Positions 39,761 to 52,690 of a stretch of 64,000 nt of DNA are shown here, in pieces. Both the position numbers and the translations under genes were made by a program. Under the pieces are notes generated by a model that had not been told where the DNA came from, did no database searches, and saw nothing but the letters and a program-made list of their open reading frames with translations. The stretch comes from Octopus sinensis (taxonomy: Eukaryota), in NCBI RefSeq assembly GCF_006345805.1, contig NC_043001.1, forward strand, positions 133,548,001 to 133,612,000, written 5' to 3'. How positions within the stretch are numbered: the first letter of the stretch is position 1; each line of letters begins with the position of its first letter.

Positions 39761-40119
39761 ATAATAATCACAGTTACAACCATTCACATACTTCCCTAGT
39801 ACGTACACACATACACGTATATACTCACAGAGTTGAAACGCTGTTTGATTTTTCGTTTCAGCGTTGAATGTTCACTATCCCACTTCCACTACACACACAT
39901 ACACTCACACACACATACGCACGCACATACACACACACACACAGACAAACATTCACATACCTCCCTTTTTACATATACACATATACTCACACAAAGTTGC
40001 AACGCTGTTTGATTTATTCAACCCTTCCTTCCTTATTCATCCTTTCACCTTTTCCTTTCTCATTCATATGTTGTGACGGAGTAAGACACAAGAGTATTAT
40101 TATAGTAGATAATCGTGTG

Positions 40120-40503
40120 TGGAGGCGCAATGGCCCAGTGGTTAGGGCAGGGGACTCGCGGTCGTAGGACCGCGGTTTCGATTCCCAGAACGGGCGTTGT
40201 GAGTGTTTATTGAGCGAAAACACCTAAAAGTTCCACGAGGCTCCGGTAGGGGATGGTGGTGATCCCTGCTGTACTCTTTCACCACAACTTTCTCTCACTC
40301 TTACTTCCTGTTTCTGTTGTACCTGTATTTCAAGGGGCCGGCCTTGTCACTCTCTGTGTCACGCTGAATATCCCCGAGAACTACGTTAAGGGTACACGTG
40401 TCTGTGGAGTGCTCAGCCACTTACACGTTAATTTCACGAGCAGGCTGTTCCGTTGATTCGGATCAACCGGAACCCTCGTCGTCGTAACCGACGGAGTGCT
40501 TCA
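40120..40503 (+). mobile_element. tRNA-derived SINE family C
   Basis: A box TGGCCCAGTGG, B box GGTTTCGATTCCC; TSD AGATAATCGTGTGT. Confidence 0.9.
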
Positions 40504-41207
40504 ATCCATACAGATAATCGTGTGTGTGTGTGCGCGCTGTCGCGCGTGAGAGAGGAGAGAGAAAGACATAAATAAATAGAGAGAGAGAAACTGATAAAGT
40601 AAATACAATTTACGATTAAAAAAAAATTCGGAGTATATCAGCGTCCTTCTCAACCTCTCTCACTCTCACTTTGCTTTATTGCTTTTACTCTTCTTTCTCC
40701 GCTCGTGTCGGAGCAAAAACTTTTAAATGCTGTTACTCGCTTTGGCATCCGTCACTGTCATCAACTCCCACTTTGCTGTTGTTTTCGCTGCTAGCTTCGT
40801 AGCAAAATCTTTAAATGCTGCCACTTCCACTTCACCTGTTGTTTTACTCTCTCTCTTTTACTCTTTTACTTGTTTCAGTCGTGTGACTGTGGCCATCCTG
40901 GAGCACCGCCTTTTGTCGAACAAATCGACCCCCAGGACTTATTCTTTGTAAGCCTAGTACTTAATCTATCGGTCTCTTTTTCCTTCTTTCTTTCGCCTGT
41001 AACAACTAACTTGTATAAACATACGCCCAAGGGCCCGGGAACAAGGGTGCAGTGGGTGCACCTGCAACCCCTAGAATTTTCAAGGGGTGCAAGATCAAAA
41101 TTTGCACCCCCTACATAATCTTATCAGCTTCAGAAAAAAGTGCCTAAAATCTGTCGGTATAAAATGCTTAAGTTCGCTCTCGTTTCAAAACAAAAAATAA
41201 ATAAATA

Positions 41208-41597
41208 GGAGTGGCTGTGTGGTAAGTAGCTTGCTAACCAGCCACATGGTTCCGGGTTCAGTCCCACTGCGTGGCATCTTGGCCAAGTGTCTTCTACTAT
41301 AGTCCCGGGCCGACCAAAGCCTTGTGAGTGGATTTGGTAGACGGAAACTGAAAGAAGCCTGTCGTATATATGTATATATGTATGTGTGTGTCTGTGTTTG
41401 TGTGTCTGTGTTTGTCCCCCTAGCATTGCTGGTGTGTTTATGTCCCCGTCACTTAGCGGTTCGGCAAAAGAGACCGATAGAATAAGTACTGGGCTTACAA
41501 AAGAATAAGTCCTGGGGTCGAGTTGCTCGACTAAAGGCGGTGCTCCAGCATGGCCGCAGTCAAATGACTGAAACAAGTAAAAGAGTAAAAAGAGTAA
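41208..41597 (+). mobile_element. SINE family A
   Basis: Full length; tail-to-tail with 41745-42190. Confidence 0.9.
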
Positions 41598-41744
41598 ATA
41601 AATAAATAAATAAATAAAAGTGATGAAGCTGGCATAAAATTCCCTGGGGAGTTTATGACCCCTAACTTCTGAAGGAAAGAAGGGTCAAAATACAAAAAAA
41701 TAAGTGACAATGACAACAATAACATCAACAAAACCAGCATGTAT

Positions 41745-42190
41745 ACTCTTTACTCTTTACTCTTTACTCTTTACTCTTTACTCTTTACTCTTTACTCTTT
41801 TACTTGTTTCAGTCATTTGACTGCGGCCATGCTGGAGCACCGCCTTTAGTCGAGCAACTCGACCCCGGAACTTATTCTTTGTAAGCCCAGGACTTATTCT
41901 TTCGGTCTCTTTTGCCGAACCGCTAAGTGACGGGGACGTAAACACACCAGCATCGGTTGTCAAGCAATGCTAGGGGGACAAACACAGACACACAAACACA
42001 CACATATATATATATATATACATATATACGATAGGCTTCTTTCAGTTTCCGTCTACCAAATCCACTCACAAGGCATTGGTCGGCCCGGGGCTATAGCAGA
42101 AGACACTTGCCCAAGATGTCACGCAGTGGGACTGAAACCGGAACCATGTGGTTGGTTAGCAAGCTACTTACCACACAGCCACTCCTGCGC
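41745..42190 (-). mobile_element. SINE family A with an expanded (CTCTTTA)n tail
   Basis: Full length, head ends ...CTCCTGCGCC. Confidence 0.9.
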
Positions 42191-42474
42191 CTGTATGGTT
42201 AATTTTGAATATAAAGCATTACTTGAATTATTGAAGACCGCTTGCCACCCAGCTAAAATGTGTAACTCTCTCTTTCTGTCTGTCAATACTTCTCTCCATT
42301 TTTCAGTACCACTCCCAAGTTCTTTGTAATTGGTTGAATGGATTCGACCGTTTTGACCCCAGTCTAAAAATAAAACCCTTTCAAAATTAGAAATATTAAA
42401 TGTCTAAATATCTCATAGAGATATGTACGGTGGTGGAGCGATAGAGTGGTTGTATACTGTCAACTTAATGTGAC

Positions 42475-42517
42475 AGATACATGCATGTTTCAGGGTCTTG
42501 CCTATCATCAGACTAGA
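42475..42517 (-). ncRNA. Second, partly decayed copy of the 42.8 kb hammerhead
   Basis: CTGATGA T AGG CAAGA CCC T GAAAC ATGCAT GTA; stems I and II are weakened. Confidence 0.55.
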
Positions 42518-42816
42518 GTAGCAAGGCCTGCTAGCTGAAAATATTTGTCTAGACTTCGTAATATATATATATATTTTCAGTGATCACCAAAATCAGAAAT
42601 ATTAAATTTCTAAATATCTCATAGAGACATGAGCGGTGGTGGAGCGATAGAGTGGTTTGTATACAGTCAACTTAACGTGACAGTCCCGTATGGGAATTAC
42701 ACCACTGCTGTTTAGCCCTAGGAAGCATCGACGCTTCCTGTCGGCCTTGACACATTTCCTGTGTCCTTATATATTTACGAAGGGGAGACAAACACCCCCC
42801 AATAGCTAGGCCTGCA

Positions 42817-42862
42817 TCTAGATACATGCATGTTTCAGGGTCTTGCCCATCATCAGTCTAGA
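42817..42862 (-). ncRNA. Minimal type I hammerhead ribozyme, intact core
   Basis: The minus strand reads TCTAGA CTGATGA T GGG CAAGA CCC T GAAA C ATGCAT GTA TCTAGA. This gives a 6-bp stem I, stem II GGG/CCC and a perfect palindromic stem III ACATGCATGT. Confidence 0.8.
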
Positions 42863-43471
42863 GTAGCAAGGCCTGCTAGCTGAAGATATTTGTCTGGATG
42901 CTTCCTAGGGCTAAATAGCGGTGGTGTAATTCCCTTACGGGACTGTCACGTTAAGTTGACAGTATACAAACACTCCTTTCAAAATTCTTTCAGTCAAAAC
43001 GATTTTCTCATATAGGTTGTTAAGTCCAAAATGGGCCCGAAAAAGTTGTTTGAAAGTAAAAACCTTGAAAGGAAACGTTTAACTATAAATAATTGCAAAC
43101 CGAAAGAAATTACGAAATAAATTTGTAAAGCCAGACATCCGCTTCTATTCATACTCAGTGGTACCCCACAAAGCTTTCAACATTTGGTGGACATTGTCTC
43201 CGTTTTCTAACCCTGCCTATCCTCTTCTTTGTAAAACATTCCCTATCTATTTCTATCGTTCTTTCTCTCTACACATCTTCTTTTCTCTCTTTACTACCTT
43301 TCATTTCTTCCTGTCTCCATCACTGTTAACCACCTCCTGTCAAACCTTTATTGCCTTCTTTCTCTACACTTTCTCTTTCTTTCTACTTGCACTCCCCCGT
43401 CAATGGGTCTTTCCGCCCTCCCGTCCACCTTTTTGGTGCAAAACGACCATTCAATATATCATGCCATTATC

Positions 43472-44025
43472 TATTTCTTTATTACCCACAAGGGGCTAAA
43501 CACAGAGAGGACAAACAAGGACAGACATAGGTATTAAGTCGATTACATCGACCCCAGTGCGCAACTGGTACTTAATTTATCGACCCCGAAAGGATGAAAG
43601 GCAAAGTCGACCTCGGCGGAATTTGAACTCAAAACGTAACGCAGACGAAATACCTATTTCTTTACTACCCACAAGGGGCTAAACACAGAGAGGACAAGCT
43701 AGGACAGACAGACGGATTAAGTCGATTACATCGACCCCAGTGCGTAACTGGTACTTAATTTATCACCCGAAAGGATGAAAGGCAAAGTCGACCTCGGCGG
43801 AATTTGAACTCACAACGTAACGCAGACGAAATACCTATTTCTTTACTACCCACAAGGGGCTAAACACAGAGAGGACAAACTAGGACAGACAGACGGATTA
43901 AGTCGATTACATCGACTCCAGTTCGTAACTGGTACTTAATTTATCGACACCGAAAGGATGAAAGGTAAAGTCGACGACAAAGCATTTCGCCCGGCGTGCT
44001 AACGATTCTGCCAGCTCGCCGCCTT
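43472..44025 (-). mobile_element. SINE family B trimer within a single TSD
   Basis: 24-bp TSD CATTCAATATA(T/C)CATGCCATTATC at 43448-43471 and 44026-44049. Confidence 0.9.
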
Positions 44026-44656
44026 CATTCAATATACCATGCCATTATCTGCTTGACCACTGCCTGGATAAGTGCCTTTGTTTTCAACTCCAGCCTAGCA
44101 TTCACTTCAGCCTTGATTCTCATTTTCATTTTTCATTCAATCGTTACTTTCCTTTTGCCTTTATTCCCCTCCCTCAGCTCTTTTTATCCTTCTCTTGAGT
44201 TCCTTAGGAAATAGTTTACTTTTAGCGTTACTACTAACAAATCGTATCTTAAACACGTAGTTCGGGCAGAATGCCTTATATATTGACGACTTTAATTTTT
44301 TTCATCTTGCCTTAATTCTGTCGTATTATCAATCAAAAGTCTTCCTGCGTATATATAAAATAGTATCTGCGTCATATTTGTTTCCGATACTGCCCTGCTA
44401 TTTCGTTTTATATAGAAAACACTCTTTTACTCTTTTACTTGTTTCAGTCATTTGACTGCGGCCATGCTGGAGCACCGCCTTTAGTCGAGCAAATCGACCC
44501 CGGGACTTATTCTTTGTAAGCCCAGTACTTATTCTATCAGTCTCTTTTGCCGAACCGCTAAGTGACGGGGACGTAAACACACCAGCATCGGTTGTCAAGC
44601 AATGCTAGGGGACAAACACAGACACACAATCACACACACACACACACACACACACA

Positions 44657-44727
<71 letters not shown>

Positions 44728-44749
44728 ATATTATATATATATATATATG

Positions 44750-47230
44750 CTCAACCACCTCCCTAAAACAGTCAATGAGAAAACCCTTCTAGTATCATTC
44801 GACGTAGTTAATCTTTATTCTAACATCCCTCACAACCTAGAAATAGAAGCGATCACCTTCTGGCTGAATAACTACCCTTTGAACTCCCAACTCGCATAAA
44901 CAAAGACCTTATAATAGAAGGACTAGATTTATTTTAGAGAATAATTATTTTATTTTTGACAATAATTTCTACAGACAAAGATCGGGAACAGCGATGGGCA
45001 CGCGTACTGCACCATCTTTTGCCAACCTAGTGATGGGATACCTCGAGAAAATACTCTACCAGATAACACTCGAGAAATTTGGAAACACCTTCGCCACCTA
45101 TATCCATAACAACTGGAAAAGATACCTCGATGACTGTTTCATCATCTGGGACAAAGGTATAGAGAAACTCGAGGAATTTAAAATACTATTAAATGGAATA
45201 AATGATAATATACAATTCACGATGGATCACAACGAAAAGAATTACCATTTTTAGACATCCTCATTAAGAAAACCGGCAAAAAAATAGAGACAGATATCTA
45301 CTATAAACCGACAGACTCCAAACAATACCTACCCTTTGATTCATGCCACCACGACACACAAGAATAAATGTCCCTTTTTGTTTAGCTAGAAGGATCTGCA
45401 CCATAATATCAGACACAAACACCCGACACACACGTCTCCAGGAACTTAGAACCACACTCACAAATAGAAACTATCCACAGCCCCTAATAGACAGTGCAAT
45501 CCAAAGGGCACTCAAATTAAGTATAGAAGACCTGAGACAAACAAAACCAAAAAAAGAAAGAACAATTAAAAACCCTTCCCTACATCTCTACACACAACCC
45601 ACTCAACAATGAAGCCTTCAGCACCATACTACAAAGCACAGCCCTACTAAAGGGAGACCCAAAGATGAACTGGATCCTCGAAACACACACCATCATTAAA
45701 AGTAAACGGCAACCAAAATCCTTGAAAAGGATTTTAACCCAAGCTAAACTGCACTCAACATCAACCACAAAACCAGCAGTTAGAAAATGTGGAAGGCCCA
45801 ACTGCGGAATCTGTGTCATCTTGATAGAAGGTTCAGAATTTATACTAGAACAAGACCACCAGTTCACCATTAGAGCAAACTTCACCTGCGCATCAGAAAA
45901 CTTAATTTACGTCATAACATGCGCAGGCTGCAATAGGCAGTATATAGGCCATACAAAAAAACTAGCTTAAACAGGATGGCGGTGCATAAATCACCAATTA
46001 GAACCCTGAATACCGGAAAATACCGGTCAGCGGACACATAGATAGATGTGCTGGAAATGTAAATCCGAAATTTACAACTTACCCGCTTTATAAATTCAGT
46101 GACAACGCAACCTTCACGCAACGCCAAAATAAAGAACTGTATTTCATCAAAAAATTTAGACCAAGTTTAAACACCCTGGGCCAGGAATATTAAAACAAAA
46201 GATGGTCCTCCGAAAAGGAGAAGCAAAATCCACACCACGGCCGCCTTAAACAGTCACTCACACTGACGGAAATAACCTTAGGGAAAAAGGGAAAAAAATT
46301 TATAAAAAGATCTCTTCGAACAGATCTAACCCTGATGGACTGGCCACATACGATACAGCTAAGGGTCAGACCCGATTCTGATTGGTCAACACGTTGATGA
46401 CGCCTCGTTCTGCTAGACTGGACAGGATACAGACAAGGGGCAGATCTAATACAGCTATAGGCCGGGATTGGTCAGAATATTGTTGACGTCCCGTTCTGCT
46501 CGACTGGTCACCTGGCAGGGTGCAGACAGGGGGCAGATCTAATACAGCTATAGGTCGGGATTGGTCAGAATATTGATGACGTCCCGTTCTGCTTGACTAA
46601 GCCACCTAACGAAACGATTGGTCAAAACAGGATACAGACAAGGGGTAGATCTAATACAGCTATAGGTCGGGATTGGTCGGAATATTGATGACGTCCCGTT
46701 CTGCTTGACTAAGCCACCTAAAGAAACGATTGGTCAAAACGTTGATGACGTCACGTTACGCTGGAATGGCCACCTAACAGGTGTGATATAAAACCAAACA
46801 ATTCACAAGGTTCGCCAGAACGATCCAGCGAACACCGACCAAAAGTCATCACAGTTACTCAAGGTAAAATCTAAAATGAATTCCTCGCTCTTTCAGGAAC
46901 ATCAATTTTTTATATTGACTGCATATCACCACTTTGATCTATTTTTTATATTGAATGCATATCACCACTATGAACCACTACATCATACTCTTTAAACATA
47001 TAGCATGAACGAACTCACTTCACTATATATGAACTTTTGATGTCTGACTCTATTGTATATTATAAATGAATTTTTTATATTTGATAGCATGAACTATCTT
47101 TTTTTATATATAACTTTTTTTGATAAGGTTCTCAAGAACCGAAGCATGTTATAATGTATATATAAAAATTAAAAATTTGTCTACTATAGCAGCATTTTCG
47201 AACTTCATTTTTTACAAATATATACCCACT
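44750..47230 (+). mobile_element. Penelope-like retroelement, 5'-truncated and frameshifted: RT + Cys-rich linker + GIY-YIG, followed by pLTR
   Basis: Motifs across frames: FDVVNLY, GTAMGTRTAPSFANL, RYLDDCF, LPFLD, CGRPNCGIC, LIYVITCAGCNRQYIG. The ORF ends KFRPSLNTLGQEY* at 46193. The 3' region has tandem modules and a decayed hammerhead. Confidence 0.92.
46372..46800 (+). promoter_or_regulatory. Promoter-like tandem module array in the Penelope 3' pLTR
   Basis: Six GATTGGTC (reverse CCAAT) and four TGACGTC motifs, including a perfect TGACGTCA at 46746-46753. TATAAAA follows at 46787-46793. Confidence 0.5.
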
Positions 47231-47277
47231 CATATACGAGCTAATCTCATTATAAATATATATATATATATATATAT

Positions 47278-47324
<47 letters not shown>

Positions 47325-47872
47325 TACGACAGGCTTCTTTCAGTTTCCGTCTACCAAATCCACTCACAAGGCATTGGTGGGCCCGGGGCTATAGCAGAAG
47401 ACACTCGCCCAAAATGCCACGCAGTGGGACTGAACCCGCAACTATGTGGTTGGTTAGCAAGCTACTTACCACACAGCCACTCCTGCGCCTGATTTAATTA
47501 ATTTGATAAGTGCCTCTGCACGAAACTCTCGAACCTTCAGTCACTGTGTAACTTTCGCCGATCAATAAATCTATACTTATTATTTGAGTTTGACTCAACA
47601 TGAGTTCGATTTTTCATGTTTGAACCACTACGCCTATGATGAGAAACCAATAAAGTTCGAAAATCGATTAAGGCTATTTATCTTTTTTTTCAATCTACGG
47701 AGAAATGGCTAAATAGGTACTACTTAAGAAGAGTAGTCCCGGTGCGCGCACTCGCGTGCTCGCGCATCCGCGCTAGCTAGTCGTGACTAGTCGATCCTAC
47801 AACGACTACCTAGCAAAGTAAATAAAACACAAAATAAATAATTTTTTTACACAAAATAAATAATTTTTTTTT

Positions 47873-48290
47873 ATCTTTTCCTTTTGAACGGCACTTTTCA
47901 ACACAATTTCTAGTTAACTAAACACTTTTAAACTTCGTATACTGGTAGAATATGTTTATAAAACATCATTTTTTCTTGGCTTTATTGAGAAAATTCTATG
48001 TTGTAACATATTTCCACTTTAATTTCAAGCATTTCGGCAATTTTAACCAATCGCTGACCTCCATTTGGGGTGAAAACATTCCGTGCTGTATAAATATGTT
48101 CCTCGTTTAAGAAACAGATTGGGTATATTTACATTTGCGAAGAAAAAAAAGATACCCTTCCCCAACTCCTAACCCTAACCCTAAATCTAAAATAGATTGA
48201 AATGCAATAGATCGATACTAGAGTTGTAATTATGGGTGACAATTTCATACGACACCGCTACGGAAAATGGATTTTTTTCTAGCGATGTCA
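47873..48290 (+). mobile_element. Partial relative of the GGATCTTTTC foldback family
   Basis: ATCTTTTCCTTTTGAACGG...AACTAAACACTTTTAAACTTCGTATACTGG and GATACCCTTCCCC...CCTAACCCTAA are shared with 60826-61754. Confidence 0.7.
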
Positions 48291-49410
48291 AAATTTTTAA
48301 CCGCTCTATAAACTCTATATATACTAAAAAATACAGCATTTAATTCTATGCTGGAGTCCCTAATTTGCATTCCGAAATTTTTTAACCACTCTATAAACTC
48401 TATATACACTCAACTAATACAGCAGTTAATTCTATGCTGGAGTCCCTAATTTGCATACCGAAAAATTTTAACAGCTCTAAAAACTCTATATATACTCAAC
48501 TAATACAGCAGTTAATTCTATGCTGGAGTCCCTAATTTGCATACCGAAAATTTTTAACCGCTCTATAAACTCAACAAGTACAGCATTTAATTCTATGCTG
48601 CAGTCTCTAATTTGCATACCGAAAAATTTTAACTGCTCTATAAATTCTATAAATACTCAACAAATACAGCAGTTAGTTCTATGCAGGAGTCCCTAATTTG
48701 CATACCGAAAATTTTTAATTGCTCTATAAACTCTATATATACTCAATAAATACAGCAGTTATTCTATGACGGAGTCCCTAATTTGCATACCGAAAATGTT
48801 TACCCGCTGTATAAACTCTATATATACTCAACAAATACAGCAGTTATTCGATGAAGGAGTCCGTAATTTGCGTACCTAAAATTTTTAACACTCTATAAAC
48901 TGTTTAAATACTCAACAAATGCAGCAGTTATTCTATGAAGGAGTCCCTATTTTGCATACCTAAAATTTTTAACCCTTTATAAACTGTTTAAATACTCAAC
49001 AAATACAGCAGTTATTCTATGAAGGAATCCGTAATTTGCGTACCTAAAATTTTTAATCCTTTATAAACTGTTTAATTACTCAACAAATGCAGCAGTTATT
49101 CTATGAAGGAGTCCCTATTTTGCATACCTAAAATTTTTAACCCTTTATAAACTGTTTAAATACTCAACAAATGCAGCAGTTAATGAAGGAATCCGTAATT
49201 TGCGCACCGAAAATTTTTTACCCTCTATAAACTCTTTATATAATCCACAAATGCAGCAGTTATTCAATGAAGGCGTCCCTAATTTGCATACCGAAAATGT
49301 TTAGCACTTTATAAACTGTATATATACTCAACAAATACAGCAGTTATTCCATGCAGGGGCCCCTAATCTGCATACCATTCTATAAATACTGTATATGCTC
49401 CACAAATAGC
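48290..49410. repeat. About 85-bp satellite, about 13 diverged copies
   Basis: GGAGTCCC anchors at 48353, 48439, 48525, 48600, 48686, 48771, 48856, 48940, 49024, 49108, 49188, 49272 and 49356. Confidence 0.93.
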
Positions 49411-49723
49411 CGAGTATAATTTTAGTAAAGTGAATGTGTATTTGCAAACGAATTCAAATTCAATGTTTTCTTCAAACAATGAATTTCTGGAGAGATTAGG
49501 ATATAAATTCCAACCTATGAAAAGTTTCCGTTCTACAATATTCTTAAAGGAACGAAAAATTATCCAGCAACTTGGACTAATATGAATGAGCCTGGTAGGT
49601 GTAAAAGACTAACTGGTATCTCTTGTCAAGAGTACAGGCGACAGTCAGATCGCTGATGTTTGTTGTGCACTCCGCTGTTGTTATTTGATTGCTGTTATTC
49701 TGTGCGTGTGTGATCATATGTGA

Positions 49724-50112
49724 GTGGAGGCGCAATGGCCCAGTGGTTAGGGCAGCGGACTCGCGGTCGGAGGATCGCGGTTTCGATTCCCACACCGGGC
49801 GTTGTGTGTGTTTATTGAGTGAAAACACCTAAAGCTCCACGAGGCTCCGGCAGGGGATGGTGGCGACCCCTGTTGTACTCTTTCGCCTCAACTTTCTCTC
49901 ACTCCACTCTTACTTACTGTTTCTGTTGTACCTGTATTTCAAGGGGCCGGCCTTGTCACTCTCTGTGTCACGCTGAATATCCCTGAGAACTACGTTAAGG
50001 GTGCACGTGTCTGTGGAGTGCTCAGCCACTTACACGTTAATTTCACGAGCAGGCTGTTCCGTTGATTCGGATCAACCGGAACCCTCATCGTCGGAACCGA
50101 CGGAGTGCTTCC
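49724..50112 (+). mobile_element. SINE family C
   Basis: TSD GATCATATGT at 49712-49721 and 50115-50124. Confidence 0.9.
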
Positions 50113-50403
50113 CAGATCATATGTATATATATTGGCCCCCTTCGGTCATGAATGACCATGGGATTGCACCTAGAAAGTTACCCTCCTAGACACAAGTCCG
50201 GGCAAGGTTGTTTATGGAAGGCTAGCAGTCGCCCATGCATACCAGCCTCCCCTCTCCACTCCACGCCACCATGTTATCCAAGGAAAGACAAAGGTCGATA
50301 CAGCTTGGCACCTGTGACGTCGCAACTCATTTCTACAGCTGAGTGAACTGGAGCAACGTGAAATAAAGTGCCTTGCTCGAGAACACAACACGCAGCCCGG
50401 TCC

Positions 50404-50446
<43 letters not shown>

Positions 50447-50660
50447 TAATATACCATAATAACATATGCATATATACATACATATGTGTACGTACCTACA
50501 TCTACATGTATATATACATGCATATATGGGTACAGAACACCAAAAAAACGTCGAATACAATGAGAAACGAAAACATAAAAACAAAACCAAGGAAATGGAC
50601 AAAACCAAGGAAATGGACATACACTTATATATATATGTATATGTATGTGTATGTATTTAT

Positions 50661-50696
<36 letters not shown>

Positions 50697-50717
50697 GTGG
50701 TGTATTTGTTGTGTGTG

Positions 50718-50764
<47 letters not shown>

Positions 50765-51078
50765 TGTGTGTCTGTGTGAATCCCTAAAACATGAGAACTA
50801 CACAACCAATTTCATTCAAATTTTACACATGCTCTACTTAGGGTCCATGTAGTGTCATAGGCCAGAATTTTTTTTAACTTCTTGCTTAGTGCGAGCCCTG
50901 AGCAATATCATATCTTCTCCACTATTTCAGTATTACGTGTCAAAAGTGAAACAATGACATCCCTCTATTGTAATGTCAGATATTTTCACTTTAATACTGA
51001 AACTATTAAAGTGAAACTATTATTTCATATATACAGGCATACATTCATATATACATACATACATATAATATATATATT

Positions 51079-51323
51079 ATAGAAAGATTACATATAAGAT
51101 AAAAATATAACGATGATTAAGTAATGTGCAAAATAATAAATAAAACATATATATTTGGTATATAGACCAAATATAAAACGAACTATATAAAATATATTTT
51201 TATATAAAAAATACTGTATTATATAAATAAAACGTATATATACCAAATATATACGTTTTAATTATTATTTTGCACATTCCTTAATCATCATTATATGTTT
51301 TATCTTATATTTAATCTTTCTAT
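51079..51323. repeat. AT-rich imperfect palindrome with about 85-bp arms
   Basis: TAGAAAGATT...TTTGGTATATA versus TATATACCAAA...AATCTTTCTA. Confidence 0.8.
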
Positions 51324-52583
51324 AGTATTTAATTTTTCTAAATGATATAATGTAATTTTTCATTATTGAATTGATAAAAGGTGTGGGTTTTTCTAATTTA
51401 TATATAAGTATTATATTATGTGTAATTTGATTTAGTATTTCAAAATTGAATTTTTTCCCTGTAAGTTTGGAATAATATTCCCTCGGGACCTTGAAGACTG
51501 CTATAATGCAAGAAAGTATACTAGTCCCTTAATATTTTATATTCAATATTTCATATATTCAATAAGACAATCAATACTTCATTTCATTTTACTATATATA
51601 TATTATTTATACTATATATTCTATATTCTACATTAATATTATAAAGAGTATAAATAAAACATAAAAACAGAGTTGGAATTTCTTTGAATAATATATATCC
51701 CTCTATACACAATCATACAAACCCCTTTTATATATATATGTATGTATGTGTGTATATATATATATATAATATATATTATATATATATATATATATTGTTT
51801 GTTTGTTTTGTTTTGTTTTTTCCAGTTTCAGCTCTTGAGCTGTGGCCATGCTGGGGCACCGCCATTGTGGTGAAAGAGTACAGCAGGGATCACCACCCCC
51901 TGCCGGAGCCTCGTAGAGCTTTTAGGTGTTTTCGCTCAATAAACACACACAACGCCCGGTCTGAGAATCGAAACCGCGATCCTGCGACATATATATGTAT
52001 GTATGTATGTATGTATGAATGCATGTATGCATTTATGTATACATGTACACGTGTAGATGTAGATGTATAGCTGTACATGTAATATGTACACACATATATA
52101 TACGCATATATGCATGCATACATATATACACCCATACACACATACATACACATACATAGGTGCAGGTGTGGCTGTGTGGTAACAAACGTCGTTCCAAAAC
52201 ACATGATCCCGGGTTCAGTCCCACTGTGTGGTGACTTGACATGTGTCTTTTGCTATAGCCTCAGACCAACCAAAGCCTTGTGAGTGGATTTCGTAGACAG
52301 AAACTGAAAGAAATCAATCGTACATATATGTATGCATGTATGTAAGTGTATGTGTGTGTCTTTGTCTCTGTGTTTCTCCCTCATCACTGCTTCACAACTG
52401 CTGTTCGTTTATTTACATCCCCATAACTTACTGGTTTCACAAGAAGAAACTGATAGAATAAGTACCAGGCTTATCAAAATAAAAAAAAGTACTAGGCAGT
52501 GTCTCATATTTTTGTTTGCCCACTCAGTTGTATCAATCTATCTTTGTGTGTGTGTGTGAGTGTATACACACACACACACACAC

Positions 52584-52648
<65 letters not shown>

Positions 52649-52690
52649 TACACACACATATATACATGTATGTATATGTGCATATTCATA

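Larger units (their letters stand above)
42389..42975. mobile_element. pLTR-like remnant with direct and inverted duplications
   Basis: Direct repeats 42389-42476/42594-42683 and 42476-42550/42821-42895; inverted repeat about 42655-42735/42896-42975. Carries two hammerheads. Confidence 0.65.
44420..47490 (-). mobile_element. SINE family A split by the Penelope insertion
   Basis: 3' half at 44420-44660 and 5' half at 47320-47490; each ends in the SINE's internal (TA)n. Confidence 0.85.

Noticed and set aside
40120-40195. tRNA genes at SINE heads (also 49724, 58623, 62907, 39760)
   Set aside because: A and B boxes are present, but each continues into a conserved SINE body with TSDs, and no complete cloverleaf was evident.
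41778-42329. Recurrent ORFs 'MTTDAGVFTS...' and 'MLGGQTQTH...'
   Set aside because: The same peptides recur at every SINE A copy and are not host genes.
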